The notes under the pieces: generated by a model
Seen by the model: only the letters and a program-made list of their open reading frames with translations
The model's database searches: none
What the model was told of the DNA's origin: nothing
Assembly (NCBI GenBank): GCA_044226015.1
Contig: JBGAHS010000002.1
Span: 529,571 to 593,570, forward strand
Direction: 5' to 3'
Origin: Candidatus Obscuribacteraceae bacterium
GTDB lineage: Bacteria; Cyanobacteriota; Vampirovibrionia; Obscuribacterales; Obscuribacteraceae
DNA: 64,000 nucleotides
Made by a program: the position numbers and the translations under genes
Part shown: one piece after another, positions 38,866 through 49,395 of the stretch
Layout: each line of letters starts with the position of its first letter
How positions within the stretch are numbered: position 1 is the first letter of the stretch

Positions 38866-40118
38866 TAGTTAGCCCTCCGCAAGAAGGGCTTCAATTGCTG
38901 GGCCAGCCGAGCATCATAAATCGCGCCGCCTTCCGAATTGAGGTGATTGTAATCAAAATACTTATCATCAGTGAAATCGGATTGCTCAACTCTGATAAAA
39001 GGAAAGCCATAACTGCTAACGATCGGTTTTACTACATCAGTCATGTAGTTCATGTAACTTTGCTGCATTGTCTTATCAGCATACTGATTTGGCGCTTCCT
39101 GAATGTCGTTGACGATCAAATTAATCTTATTGTCTTTGAACAATTTGAGTATTGCCTTGAAATTGCTCATGTACTGAGGCAACGCATGAAATTCGTAGTC
39201 GATTTTCTTGCTTTTGCCGACCAAACCATCATGATTTTGTTTCTGTTTCTGCCTGAAATATGCATGATCAAGCTCGACACGGCTGTAGCTACCCTGACTT
39301 CGAAGGAGTGCTACAGAATGAATTACTTCACCCGACTCCTCTGGAAATTCAACGCTATGTACGTTCGGGTCTTTTTTGTAGAGTTGGACCAAATCGTTTT
39401 GTTTAGCAACGCGAGACTGCGCGTTGTTTGCCATCGCAGCGGGCTCTAGTTCTGTAGTTTCTGAATTTGCGAATCCTGCCAATGGTTGGTCAAGGAACGA
39501 GTAAAGGCTCTGATGCATTTCTTGTCGCTTAGCGACAATCTGAGTAAGCGGGTTGAAATAAAGCAGATTTTCCGCCAGCTCTTCAATGGGATAGCCCCAG
39601 AACAAATACGCTGGTAGATTCTTCAACTTAATGGGATATCGCGATTGGACTTTTCCTGACCTGGTGAAGTTCTGATGGCCGATCGTCAACACAACCGTTG
39701 CGCCTGGTTTTATATGTTTGACGATGTCCTGATAGTAAGGTAATTGAGTTGGAAACCAATGCGAAAATGCAGCCATGTTGACAGAATTAGTACCGAGATA
39801 ACTATCCATAATGTCTGGATGGATGCCACAGTAAGTACGGCTATCTCCGATAAAAATCAAATCGAATGTGTGACCATATTGGCGGAAAAACCGCTGCTTC
39901 TCTATTGGCACACCATAAATTGAAGCAATGTCTTTCTTTTGAGTGCTGTGAAGATACAAACTTCCAAGCACGAGAGGAAGAAAAAAGAAAACGAGGTAAA
40001 GCAGTACATTTAGTTTTAGAGATCGCGTTCTTGCCAGTGAAGGCTTCGTCTCTGCTTGCTGCAGAGAACTTTCGAAGACTTTGGCTTGCGCCCGCTCCTC
40101 TTTCTGGGTGACACTCAT
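38865..40118 (-). CDS. Membrane-anchored SGNH-like acyltransferase partner
   Basis: TM helix, IGDSR block I, YFDYNHLN; 1-bp overlap with MBOAT. Confidence 0.78.
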   Translation of the reverse strand: MSVTQKEERAQAKVFESSLQQAETKPSLARTRSLKLNVLLYLVFFFLPLVLGSLYLHSTQKKDIASIYGVPIEKQRFFRQYGHTFDLIFIGDSRTYCGIHPDIMDSYLGTNSVNMAAFSHWFPTQLPYYQDIVKHIKPGATVVLTIGHQNFTRSGKVQSRYPIKLKNLPAYLFWGYPIEELAENLLYFNPLTQIVAKRQEMHQSLYSFLDQPLAGFANSETTELEPAAMANNAQSRVAKQNDLVQLYKKDPNVHSVEFPEESGEVIHSVALLRSQGSYSRVELDHAYFRQKQKQNHDGLVGKSKKIDYEFHALPQYMSNFKAILKLFKDNKINLIVNDIQEAPNQYADKTMQQSYMNYMTDVVKPIVSSYGFPFIRVEQSDFTDDKYFDYNHLNSEGGAIYDARLAQQLKPFLRRAN

Positions 40119-40476
40119 AATTTGGCACCCGTCATGCCAGTAACCACCAATCTCTTATCCACAAGCCTGCGCTTTTTATCTGGGCTAAATTAGCTGGCTT
40201 ACGAAAGCGACGTACATCGCCTCCGTGCTCATGCTCACAGAATTATCTCATGACAGCTTCAAAACCAAGGCTGGGTTTGATTATCTAGCCTTCAGTTAAT
40301 ATTCTACTCATAGAACGAATCTGCTCAAATAGGCTCTGGCTGAGCAACGCGCCGCACGCCCGAGCAACTTTGAATAAGTTGAAAAGTTTCAAATATTGAG
40401 TTTGACATCATTTCGTAGATGTTCAGTTCGGACAGAATTGGATATGAAGCCTGACTCATTTCCGTTCAGTGCAAAA

Positions 40477-41091
40477 TTACTGCCCAGGGATGGAGCCAGC
40501 AAGCATCATCTGTTTAGCTTTCGCCAGGTTATCGGCGATTATTTTTTTCATTCCAACTGTGGTGGTTAAACCTTCTGCCTTATGGAGCACAACCATCGCA
40601 GCCTGGGGTCGGCTTGTTTCAAGATAAACTTCCGCCAGATTTGTCATCGCAGGTACATACCCCGGATCAACGCGAATAGCGCTTTTACACGCAAGTTCTG
40701 CACCCATAAAATCCTTATTCTTGGTCATAGCGTCAGCCATATTGCTGTAAGCTGCAGCGAAATCGGGCGTCAGCTCTACCGCTTTCTTGTACTGTGCAAT
40801 TGCTTCGACATAGCGCTTTAAATCAGATAGAGCATTGCCATAATTGCAGTAATTTACCGAATAAGTTGGATAGGCAGCTATAGCCAATTTGAACTGCACA
40901 AGAGCTTCTTTGAACTTTCCTTGCTCTTCAAGCGCAATTCCTTTTTCATTGAACTCGCAGGATCTTGCAAACGCTTCACGCTTGCTTTTACCAGTAACTC
41001 TGGACTCAAAAGCTTCTGCAGAACAACTGTTAGCTGCGATCGCTAACGCCAGAAAAAGAGCAGAGACAAAGAGAGATCTGTAAGTGAACAT
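40477..41091 (-). CDS. Secreted TPR-repeat protein
   Basis: Signal peptide; four canonical TPR motifs. Confidence 0.8.
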   Translation of the reverse strand: MFTYRSLFVSALFLALAIAANSCSAEAFESRVTGKSKREAFARSCEFNEKGIALEEQGKFKEALVQFKLAIAAYPTYSVNYCNYGNALSDLKRYVEAIAQYKKAVELTPDFAAAYSNMADAMTKNKDFMGAELACKSAIRVDPGYVPAMTNLAEVYLETSRPQAAMVVLHKAEGLTTTVGMKKIIADNLAKAKQMMLAGSIPGQ

Positions 41092-41280
41092 TTGAAGTCA
41101 TCTCCAAATAGCTAAATAACTATCGGCGGGGTTGAGATATTTTGACAATATCCATAGTTGGGCTCATTCCGAACCGTGAAAATACGAAAAGCCTCTTAAA
41201 ATGACCCATTACAGACTATTTTTAATGCGAATTTTGGCAGAATTTTGGCACGTTTGACAGCGAATATCTACAGCAACAGC

Positions 41281-42573
41281 TCATGCTTTTGCAACTGGAA
41301 GCTCATCCCATGATGTTGTATACGAAGGTGTCTTATGCTCAGCCTTCATCTTCCATTCTTGCTTGCTGCCCTCTACAGCCAATCTCAATGCACTGCGCCC
41401 CATGGTGGCATTTGTAGCGTCAATCAATTGCATTAGCTTCTGCGATTTTGCAACTTTTTCGGTTGCTGTAAAAAGCTGCAATTGCCGAGCATCAGCTGGC
41501 GACAAGTCCATCAATGTGACACCAGCTTTCTGATATCCGTAATTGGGCTTGAAGATTTTTCGCAATGCGGTGAGCGCCGCTGTAGTGATCGCTAATGAGT
41601 CATCACTTGGATCCTGCAATTTCACTGTTGCTGATTGACTGTGCTGAGGCTGAGTTATTGCATGTGTATTCGTGCGTATAAACACTTGTACGACGCTAGT
41701 CAGTGATCCGTCGGCTCTGAGCTTTTCCGAGGCGCGGCGCGCATAGCTGGCAACGGCTTCCTCCAATTCACTCAAATCGTGGATATGACGTCCAAATGAG
41801 CGCGAACAAACTATCTGTTGACGAGGCGCTGCAACTTCATCGAGCGACAAGCAAGACTCGCCACGCAACTCAAGTACGGTTCTCTTCACAATGACGGAGA
41901 ATCGTTTTTGCATATCGTCGGGACAACTATTTTTCAATTGAAGTGCAGTGCTCACCCCAACGTCAAGCAGCTTATCATTGAGCTTTCGTCCGATTCCCCA
42001 CACATACCCAACCGGGAACTTCTGCAAGGTTCTGTCGAGATCTTCAGAAGCGAGCCTGTCAAAATCAAAAACACCATCGCTTTTTGAACTAAGCTTTGCT
42101 GCCTGATTCGCCAATTTTGCCAGTGTTTTGCTGGCTCCAATTCCGACGCAAACCGGCAGACCAAGACATTGTTTGACAGCCAGACGAATTTCTTTTCCAA
42201 GCTCTATCGAATCAGAAACTCCTGTGAAGTCTAGAAAGGATTCATCGATAGAATAAATTTCTTGATGGGGGCTAAACTTGCTCAGAATGCTCACAACTCG
42301 CTCAGACATATCGCCATAGAGCGCATAATTTGAAGATAACGCAATGATGGTATGTTGTTTCACAAGATCAGCAATCTGATAGAACGGAACTCCCATTTTT
42401 ACGCCGAGCGCTTTCGCTTCATTCGAACGCGCAACTACGCAACCATCGTTGTTAGAAAGCACTACAACCGGCTTGTCCTGCAGTTTTGGATTGAAAACTC
42501 TCTCACATGAGACATAGAAGTTATTGCAATCGACCAGCGCGAATTTGGAACCTTGCGAATTACTAGAGTGCAT
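41281..42573 (-). CDS. umuC: Y-family translesion DNA polymerase V catalytic subunit
   Basis: [23 protein letters not shown], terminal [11 protein letters not shown]. Confidence 0.95.
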   Translation of the reverse strand: MHSSNSQGSKFALVDCNNFYVSCERVFNPKLQDKPVVVLSNNDGCVVARSNEAKALGVKMGVPFYQIADLVKQHTIIALSSNYALYGDMSERVVSILSKFSPHQEIYSIDESFLDFTGVSDSIELGKEIRLAVKQCLGLPVCVGIGASKTLAKLANQAAKLSSKSDGVFDFDRLASEDLDRTLQKFPVGYVWGIGRKLNDKLLDVGVSTALQLKNSCPDDMQKRFSVIVKRTVLELRGESCLSLDEVAAPRQQIVCSRSFGRHIHDLSELEEAVASYARRASEKLRADGSLTSVVQVFIRTNTHAITQPQHSQSATVKLQDPSDDSLAITTAALTALRKIFKPNYGYQKAGVTLMDLSPADARQLQLFTATEKVAKSQKLMQLIDATNATMGRSALRLAVEGSKQEWKMKAEHKTPSYTTSWDELPVAKA

Positions 42574-42964
42574 GAATCACCCAGGTCACTACACCCCAGA
42601 CCTGAAAGTCCATTTCGCTTGTTACTTCGATTGGCTTATAGTTTTCGTTCTCTGCTACTAGCAAAACCTTGGCGTCCTTTTTCACAAATCGCTTTACGGT
42701 AAACTCACCATCAATGACAGCGACAACAACCTTCTGATTTGTAGGCGTTAAGGAACGATCAACAACAAGCAAGTCTCCATTATGAATGCCAGCTCCTAGC
42801 ATTGAATCACCTTCAACACGCATGAAAAATGTCGCTTCGCGATGCTGAATCAAATGTTCATTCAGATCTAATCGCTGCTCAAGATGGTCGCCAGCGGGGC
42901 TTGGAAATCCAGCTGAGACTGAAGACGAGAGCAGCCATGAAAATTTGGAAGAAGAATCTGACAC
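42563..42964 (-). CDS. umuD: DNA polymerase V accessory subunit (S24 peptidase)
   Basis: AGFPSPA cleavage site, VEGDSM (Ser), TVKR (Lys), VWGVV. Confidence 0.93.
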   Translation of the reverse strand: MSDSSSKFSWLLSSSVSAGFPSPAGDHLEQRLDLNEHLIQHREATFFMRVEGDSMLGAGIHNGDLLVVDRSLTPTNQKVVVAVIDGEFTVKRFVKKDAKVLLVAENENYKPIEVTSEMDFQVWGVVTWVIHAL

Positions 42965-43384
42965 GGAATTTTCTATCTAAAATATTGTTTGGCATGGTAG
43001 CAAATTTAGCGAGATACTGTCCAGTTCAAACCAGCGAGCTTTCAGCTTGCGACGAACCTGAATCTCAGTTGAAAGAAATGCACTGCAGCTCAGACTTTAA
43101 GGTTTTTCCGGTATAACCTTTTAAAATTTGACTGCGACATTTCCGTAACTGCTAAAACACCAGTATTTTTGCTGCACAGCTCGAACTTTGATCTCTGGAA
43201 CCGTTATCGCCCGCCGACAAGCACATAAACATAACAGCAACATGCAGCCAGCTACCCAAGCTGCGAGAAGCTGCAAACACTCATGCCATCGACCATAACC
43301 ATAGGCTCGGATTAATACATCGCAACCTTGCCAAGAAGAAGGCGAAGCGTGTATAGTCTTCATGGGTTAGGATATCGGTTGCTT

Positions 43385-44413
43385 ATGAGAGCAAGTTTAT
43401 TAGCGATAGTGTTATCGTGCAGCATAGTCATGGCAGTATCGCCTGCGGTGCTCTCATCGTCTATGCAGACTGCGCCTGCGGTGCGTCCGCAACACTACGG
43501 CAGCCCTTTCACTTCGCAAACTTCTGACGGCACTCAGCGCGACTACGACGCCTATGCTTCACAACTGAATGATGCAGCTTACCAACTAATTAAGCAAGGC
43601 AACTATACTGAGGCGGAGGGGCGCTTGCGTCAGGCTATTGCGTTTGAGCCAAATTTTGTCAACGCACATTGCAACTTGGGCTTTGTTCTGAACAAAACAG
43701 GCCGAGCTAGCGAAGCCTTGCCACACCTTCAGTTTGCTTACCGCCTTGCACCAAATGAGCCCGCAATTCTGGAAAGCCTTGCCGCAGCTTACCAACTGCG
43801 AGGAAATCTAAAATCGGCAATTGATGCCTACAATCAGTATCTCTATCAATTTCCTACAGCGCCGGACGCACAATTCATTCACGATATGGTCACCCATCTC
43901 AGGATGGAAGTCGCACAAAATTCCATCGCTGGAGCCCCTAACGATTTCAACTGGAAAAAGAGACACATCAACGTCTACATTGCACCGGCTGATGGAGTTG
44001 CAGGTTTTCAACCAGAGTTCAATGATATCCTCAAGAGTTGTTTTGCAAGTTGGGCCGAAGCAGGTGTAATTTCGTTTGCATTGGTTCCAACAGCTGAAGA
44101 ATCCGACATAGAATGCGCGTGGACTGATGACGTGAGCAAACTATCTTCTGTGGGCGAAGAAGGCGAAACCACTTTCAAGAAAAGCAATGGCGCAATTTCG
44201 CATGCAAAAATCACCCTGCTGACCATTCGCAAAGGTTTGCAACCAGCACTCAGCGACCGTGATGTGCGAGCACTATGCCTGCACGAGATCGGTCACTCCC
44301 TTGGTTTAGTTAAACACAATAGCAATCCAGATTCTGTGATGTTTTGTACACTGGCTTCCTCAAAAGACCCAAGCCTGAGCGACCTGCAAAACCTCAGAGC
44401 ACTTTATCAATGA
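43385..44413 (+). CDS. Secreted TPR + matrixin (metzincin) metalloprotease
   Basis: Signal peptide, three TPRs, HEIGHSLGL..H zinc motif, DSVM Met-turn; likely start ATG 43385. Confidence 0.85.
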   Translation: MRASLLAIVLSCSIVMAVSPAVLSSSMQTAPAVRPQHYGSPFTSQTSDGTQRDYDAYASQLNDAAYQLIKQGNYTEAEGRLRQAIAFEPNFVNAHCNLGFVLNKTGRASEALPHLQFAYRLAPNEPAILESLAAAYQLRGNLKSAIDAYNQYLYQFPTAPDAQFIHDMVTHLRMEVAQNSIAGAPNDFNWKKRHINVYIAPADGVAGFQPEFNDILKSCFASWAEAGVISFALVPTAEESDIECAWTDDVSKLSSVGEEGETTFKKSNGAISHAKITLLTIRKGLQPALSDRDVRALCLHEIGHSLGLVKHNSNPDSVMFCTLASSKDPSLSDLQNLRALYQ

Positions 44414-44632
44414 TTGAACATGGCCGTCCCACTGTAAGCCAAAGATCTTTAGCCAATTGGGTTTGAAACTTCTCGACATTTATACGCAGAAGAAGCAGGA
44501 ACTGCAATTTTAAAGCACCATAATCGGCCAGGCAAATGCGTGGGGATTCTACGCTCCCCAAAAGAACAATTGCACGTTTCTTGCACGCAATAACAGCTTT
44601 CATCAATTATGGCTTAGAGCGAGGACCTGACA

Positions 44633-44875
44633 ATGCTAGATAAGAGTGTTCCGATTCCAAAATTTGTAGACGGCAAAACCGATGAGCGTGTTGGAACAGA
44701 TGAGGAACGTGCGACCTGCGATCAAATAATCGACGAGGTGATGAAACTCTGGCACAAAGGTAATCACGACTTGGATAGCCGAGCCTACGACAGCGTGCAT
44801 ACGAAATGGGATCAGAATAAATGCCACGAGCTGGAGGGCTTTCCTCCTTTCGGCAAGATTCCAAAAGGCTCATAA
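44633..44875 (+). CDS. Small hypothetical protein
   Basis: GAGG RBS, 80-aa ORF with plausible composition, followed by a hairpin at ~44910-44933. Confidence 0.45.
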   Translation: MLDKSVPIPKFVDGKTDERVGTDEERATCDQIIDEVMKLWHKGNHDLDSRAYDSVHTKWDQNKCHELEGFPPFGKIPKGS

Positions 44876-45175
44876 CTTTCATCCCACGATCAAATCAACT
44901 TCAAGCAGATGGCGAACGTGAAACCGTTCGTCATTCGCTTTCTGCCTTGCATACGCGAACAACCAGGTTCTGAATCGCGCTAGCAATCTATTGACGGAAA
45001 ACGACATTCTCCGGCATCCCCTTTTTGCCCTTCCACGCCAAGCAAAACCTCCGCCTGAAGACGGATTGCGTCTGGACTAAAAACCAACACCACTCACCTA
45101 TTTTGACTATTTTCCGACATTCAGTCTAATGCTAAGCTCAAAGTGTTGGCTGCAAATCAAACACTGGATGGACTG

Positions 45176-45736
45176 ATGAGAGTTTTAGCTCGCAGAGCCA
45201 TCGTCCTTTTGCCGGTTTACATCCTTTTGGCAAACACGGCAAGTGCGATAGCTCAAACCACCGTTACGTGTCCTGTCAATGTAACTGTTCCATCAGTTGT
45301 CCGATTGACTGGTTCAGACAACATCACCACAACACAAAACCTGGTTATAGATCAAACCTCAATTAGTTTTGACACAAATCTAACAGCAACAGGAGAGGCA
45401 TCTGTCGTGTGGAAAGGAAATACAAATTCGAATGCTGGCTTTCAGGTAACCGTTCAGCGTAGCAGCCTCACAGGCACAGCAAGTGCTGCACTTCAATCTG
45501 ATCTAAGCGTCTACGGAGAGAGTTCTCCTGGTGGAGATAACGATGTTCTTATGCTCGGATCGTACGCAAGCGGAAAGAGTTTAACTGCGGTAAGTGATGC
45601 AATGCCCGAACCTTTTTGCAGTACGAACAAGGCCGGCAGCGCGATGTTCAAGGTCGGCGTCAGACTGAATGCTGCTGCGGCACACGGCAAGGGAACTGTG
45701 AACACGGTGCTCACATTTGTGGCTGCGGCTTTATAA
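45176..45736 (+). CDS. Pilin-like secreted subunit 1 (chaperone-usher type, incomplete Ig fold)
   Basis: Signal peptide; TTVTCPVNVTVPSV N-extension; WKGNTNSN.GF; FCST; C-terminal GTVNTVLTFVAAAL; paralogous to 47792 and 52610 genes. Confidence 0.7.
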   Translation: MRVLARRAIVLLPVYILLANTASAIAQTTVTCPVNVTVPSVVRLTGSDNITTTQNLVIDQTSISFDTNLTATGEASVVWKGNTNSNAGFQVTVQRSSLTGTASAALQSDLSVYGESSPGGDNDVLMLGSYASGKSLTAVSDAMPEPFCSTNKAGSAMFKVGVRLNAAAAHGKGTVNTVLTFVAAAL

Positions 45737-45831
45737 ATATTCGGAATACTCAAACATAGTTCACATAGGAGTTGTAATTTCACAGAGGAAGCTCGGTTGT
45801 TCAAAAGCAGAAGACAAATGGAGAACAAGCT

Positions 45832-46491
45832 ATGGATGCTCAAGCCAAAATTTGCGTTTATATTGTTGAAGATCAGGATCTTCTGAGAACAGGATTGCAG
45901 CTAGCTCTCGCCCGTTTCGAGAATATAGAAATTGTTGGCTCAGCCGCCGACGGATTGACAGCAGTCCATCAAGCCGTACAGCTGAACCCAGACATTGTAT
46001 TGATGGATCTGAGCTTGCCTACACTGGGAGGGTTAGAAGCAACAGCTATGATGAGAGAAGCCTGCCCAAATGCGAAAATAATCATACTTTCTGGGCACGA
46101 AGATGACGAAAATCTTTTCGCTTCATTGTCTTCAGGTGCATCCGGATATTGCCTGAAATCTGCATCTCACAAAAAGCTAAAACTAGCGATTGAATCAGTT
46201 ATGGCTGGTGCTCTTTGGATTGATGAAAAAATAGCGAACCATATCGTCAACTGCGTCAGCGAAAAAAAAATAAAAATAAACCTTGGAACTTTGTGTAAGG
46301 TAACCTTATCACCTAGAGAGAAAGATGTCCTTCAGGGGCTAACCTCAGGATTTAGCAACAAAGAAATTGCTCGCAACCTGAGCATTAGTAATTCGACCGT
46401 TAGAACTCACATAAGCAATATTGCAGAAAAGTTAGACGTCTCAGGACGCACTGAAATTGCACTTACAGCGCTGAAATTTGGCATGGTCTAA
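45832..46491 (+). CDS. NarL/FixJ-family response regulator (REC + LuxR HTH)
   Basis: VEDQ, LMDL (phospho-Asp), GYCLK, LSPREKDVL..SNKEIA..TVRTH. Confidence 0.93.
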   Translation: MDAQAKICVYIVEDQDLLRTGLQLALARFENIEIVGSAADGLTAVHQAVQLNPDIVLMDLSLPTLGGLEATAMMREACPNAKIIILSGHEDDENLFASLSSGASGYCLKSASHKKLKLAIESVMAGALWIDEKIANHIVNCVSEKKIKINLGTLCKVTLSPREKDVLQGLTSGFSNKEIARNLSISNSTVRTHISNIAEKLDVSGRTEIALTALKFGMV

Positions 46492-46507
46492 AAAGGGGAA
46501 AAGAACA

Positions 46508-47374
46508 ATGAAAATTAAACTCAGGCTCGCCTGCGTTGCTACCGCACTGCTTTCATTTGTCACGAGCAACGTCCATGCATGGACACTCACTCCAATGAAA
46601 TTATCACGCACGCTGAAACCAGGAGAGAGTTTCACAGATATACTTGTTATCGATAACTCCGGTTCATCAAAAAGCAAACGTTTTGAGATGAAAATCATAG
46701 ATTGGACCCTAGACCGAAATGGCGGTCTTATTTACAGCGAACCAGGAGCAATCAAAGAGTCATTTGCAAGCGGTATTCTCTGTTCGCCTATGCAATTTAA
46801 GTGTGAGCCCGGTGAACGAAAGGTTGTGCGCTATACTCTGACAATTCCGAAAGATGCAAGCACTGGTGAGCATACTGTTGGAATACAAGCTCTCGAAGTA
46901 GTGATTCCAGGCAGGGATGATGCAAGTGGAAAAATAAATGTTGGCGTGGCAGTAAAATGTGGCTTTCTTTGCGCAATGAGCATAAATGTCCCAACCTTGA
47001 ACAATAAGCCAACAGAACCGGTTTCACTTCAATATGTTCCGTCGGACAAGAAGCATTCTGCAGCGATCGATTTGTTGGTGAAGAATGAAGCAAATGGCCG
47101 AGTCCGACCATCTTGGTCATTTTTCCTGACCGATAGCAATGGGAAAAGAGTATATGAGCAACCCAATGAAGATTATTTGATTTTGCGTGAAACTGAGCGG
47201 GTAATTTCATGCCCACTCAAGGCGACTCTAACTCCCGGCAAATACAAGCTTACAGGCAAATTTGACCAGGGAGTATCTTTTCCAGTTCAGGAGCTAGAGA
47301 AGGAAATCGAAGTTAACAAAATGGAAACCTACACACCAGAGATAGCAAGTTCAACCGGGCAAGCTAAGAACTAA
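46508..47374 (+). CDS. Pilus-assembly chaperone-like protein 1
   Basis: Signal peptide; LTP..L...LKPGES....V.DN; PMQFKC.PGERK.VRY; N..N.R.RP in second domain, as expected for two-Ig PapD-like/alternate chaperones. Confidence 0.65.
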   Translation: MKIKLRLACVATALLSFVTSNVHAWTLTPMKLSRTLKPGESFTDILVIDNSGSSKSKRFEMKIIDWTLDRNGGLIYSEPGAIKESFASGILCSPMQFKCEPGERKVVRYTLTIPKDASTGEHTVGIQALEVVIPGRDDASGKINVGVAVKCGFLCAMSINVPTLNNKPTEPVSLQYVPSDKKHSAAIDLLVKNEANGRVRPSWSFFLTDSNGKRVYEQPNEDYLILRETERVISCPLKATLTPGKYKLTGKFDQGVSFPVQELEKEIEVNKMETYTPEIASSTGQAKN

Positions 47375-47412
47375 AGCAAACCTGTATACGAATAATCAGT
47401 TGTTAACCAGAG

Positions 47413-47447
47413 AGAGGCGTTCGATCAGTCGAACGCCTCTTCTCTTT
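47413..47447 (+). terminator. Rho-independent terminator
   Basis: Perfect 12-bp stem agaggcgttcga-tcag-tcgaacgcctct then tctcttt. Confidence 0.8.
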
Positions 47448-47791
47448 GCATACATAGCCTGCAGGCACCCGAAGCGGAATAGGCTGCGCATCAGCTCCAG
47501 CAGAGGTACAACTCCGCAAAGCTACCGACCTGGCTAGACGCGAGTCCAAGAGGCATAGCCACTATGCGTAATACCAATTGAGCACAATGTGGATAAACAA
47601 AAAGGGCAGCGCAAGAGATACTAAAGACATGAAGCGAAGGGGCACGCAATCGAACGAAAAGCGGTCCAGAGAAAGTCAAAAAAAAGAAAGAAAGTCAAAT
47701 CGACTAATCAACAAAATAATAGACGAACTCTGGACCTAGCCCCACAAACCCTAACTATATAACTAAAATTCCAGATAAAGAGGTGTTGACC

Positions 47792-48355
47792 ATGAAGATG
47801 ATGAATTCCACAGCAATTAAGTTCGCAGCGGCTCTCGGTTTATTCGCAATTCTCTGCCCAGGTGTTATAGCCGCGAACACTGTTACAGCGAATGTCGATG
47901 TCAACGTTCCTTCAGTAGTTAGCCTCAGTGGAACTGATGGGGTTACAACAAGCCAGAACCTAACTTTGAACCAGGGCAACATAGCATTCGACACTGCGCT
48001 TAATGCTAGTGGCAACGTCGCAATCACATGGAGAGGCAACACGAATTCAAATAAAGGCTTCAAAGTGACGATTCAACGCTCGGCAATTTCTGGCAACGGT
48101 TCAGACGCATTACAGAAAGCTCTCACCATCGCAGGAGCCCCTGCACCTGGTGGAGACAATTCTGCAAATATACTTGGCAGCTACACAAGCGGCGTAGCAC
48201 TACCTGCGATTCCAGACAGCAAGCCAGACGACTTCTGCTCTACAGGTTCAGCAGGAAGCGCAAACTTCAATGTTCAACTAGGACTCAACGCGCCGTCCTC
48301 GGCTGGACAAGGAACAGTCAATACAGTGCTCACGTTCGTCGCAGCAGCCCTCTAG
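47792..48355 (+). CDS. Pilin-like secreted subunit 2 (probable major subunit)
   Basis: GAGG RBS; signal peptide; TVTANVDVNVPSV N-extension; WRGNTNSNKGF; FCST; GTVNTVLTFVAAAL; followed by terminator. Confidence 0.72.
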   Translation: MKMMNSTAIKFAAALGLFAILCPGVIAANTVTANVDVNVPSVVSLSGTDGVTTSQNLTLNQGNIAFDTALNASGNVAITWRGNTNSNKGFKVTIQRSAISGNGSDALQKALTIAGAPAPGGDNSANILGSYTSGVALPAIPDSKPDDFCSTGSAGSANFNVQLGLNAPSSAGQGTVNTVLTFVAAAL

Positions 48356-48384
48356 ACCCCCCCACCCCATAACAAATGCCAACT

Positions 48385-48414
48385 AAGAACGCAGGATTAG
48401 TCCTGCGTTCTTTT
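48385..48414 (+). terminator. Rho-independent terminator/stabilising hairpin after pilin 2
   Basis: aagaacgcagga-ttag-tcctgcgttctt + tt. Confidence 0.8.
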
Positions 48415-48463
48415 CACTCTTATTGCGGATACCATTTCAACAAAGAAGAGGAGACAATAATCC

Positions 48464-49390
48464 GTGTCAGCAGGAGACCCCTTGGCAGCAATGTACCTTC
48501 AGGCATTTACACTTTTTGTACTCTTAGCTATGAGCTGCAATGCGGCCACGGCATGGACATTGACTCCAATGAAGCTAGAGCGAAAACTAAAACCTGGGGA
48601 GAGCATGACAGACGTCCTCGTTATTGACAACTCCGGGACTGCCGAAACAAAGAGGTTTGAGATTAAACCAGTTGACTGGGCACTGGACGCAAATGGCGAC
48701 TTGACCTACAGTGAGCCAGGCGATTTAGCTCATTCACTTTCAGCACATATTATTTGCACACCCATGCAGTTTAAGTGCGCTCCGGGTGAGCGAAAGTTGA
48801 TTCGATACACACTTAGCGTTCCTAATGACATTCCGGTTGGCGAACATTGCCTGGGACTTCAGGCGCTAGAAGTAGTTATGCCAACAAAAGATAATTCAAC
48901 GGGAAGAATCAACGTCGGCGTAGCCGTCAAATGCGGATTTCTCTGCGCAATGAGCATTCTGACAGATAAGATTGCACCCAAAGCCCTAGAACCAGAGACT
49001 TTAAATTACTCACCAATAAACAATTCAATTGTCTTGGAGATCAAAAATCCTGCTAACGTGCGCTCCCGACCATTCTGGACTTTCAAGTTGATTAACGATA
49101 AGGGGATAGTAATTGAAGAATCAGCAGTGGCAGACTTTCTGATTTTGCGTGAGTCAAAGAGAACAATAACCATACCGTTAAAAACGACCCTGGCTGCGGG
49201 ACAATACAAACTTTTAGGTAAGCTAGATCAAGGAATGAGTTTTCCTGTTCAGGAATTAGAAAAGGACTTTGCGGTTTCAAAAGAAGGCAAGCAAACAAAG
49301 AATACAAGCGATACTGCCAACACTAGCTCCAAAGAACTTTATCTGCCAAATAATGGTCCTAAAGAAGAAGCAAAATTGAAGGAACCTTAA
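48464..49390 (+). CDS. Pilus-assembly chaperone-like protein 2 (paralog of 46508 gene)
   Basis: Shared blocks WTLTPMKL, PMQFKC.PGERK, INVGVAVKCGFLCAMSI, GK.DQG.SFPVQELEK. Confidence 0.65.
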   Translation: MSAGDPLAAMYLQAFTLFVLLAMSCNAATAWTLTPMKLERKLKPGESMTDVLVIDNSGTAETKRFEIKPVDWALDANGDLTYSEPGDLAHSLSAHIICTPMQFKCAPGERKLIRYTLSVPNDIPVGEHCLGLQALEVVMPTKDNSTGRINVGVAVKCGFLCAMSILTDKIAPKALEPETLNYSPINNSIVLEIKNPANVRSRPFWTFKLINDKGIVIEESAVADFLILRESKRTITIPLKTTLAAGQYKLLGKLDQGMSFPVQELEKDFAVSKEGKQTKNTSDTANTSSKELYLPNNGPKEEAKLKEP

Positions 49391-49395
49391 TCGCA

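Noticed and set aside
41281..42964. umuDC as a marker of a prophage or ICE
   Set aside because: No integrase, phage, conjugation or att-site evidence nearby
47505..47570. c-di-GMP-I riboswitch upstream of pilin2 (CGCAAAGCTACCGACCT resembles part of the motif)
   Set aside because: The upstream GGCAAA..GAAA..GAC stem is absent; an Infernal search with the Rfam model would be needed
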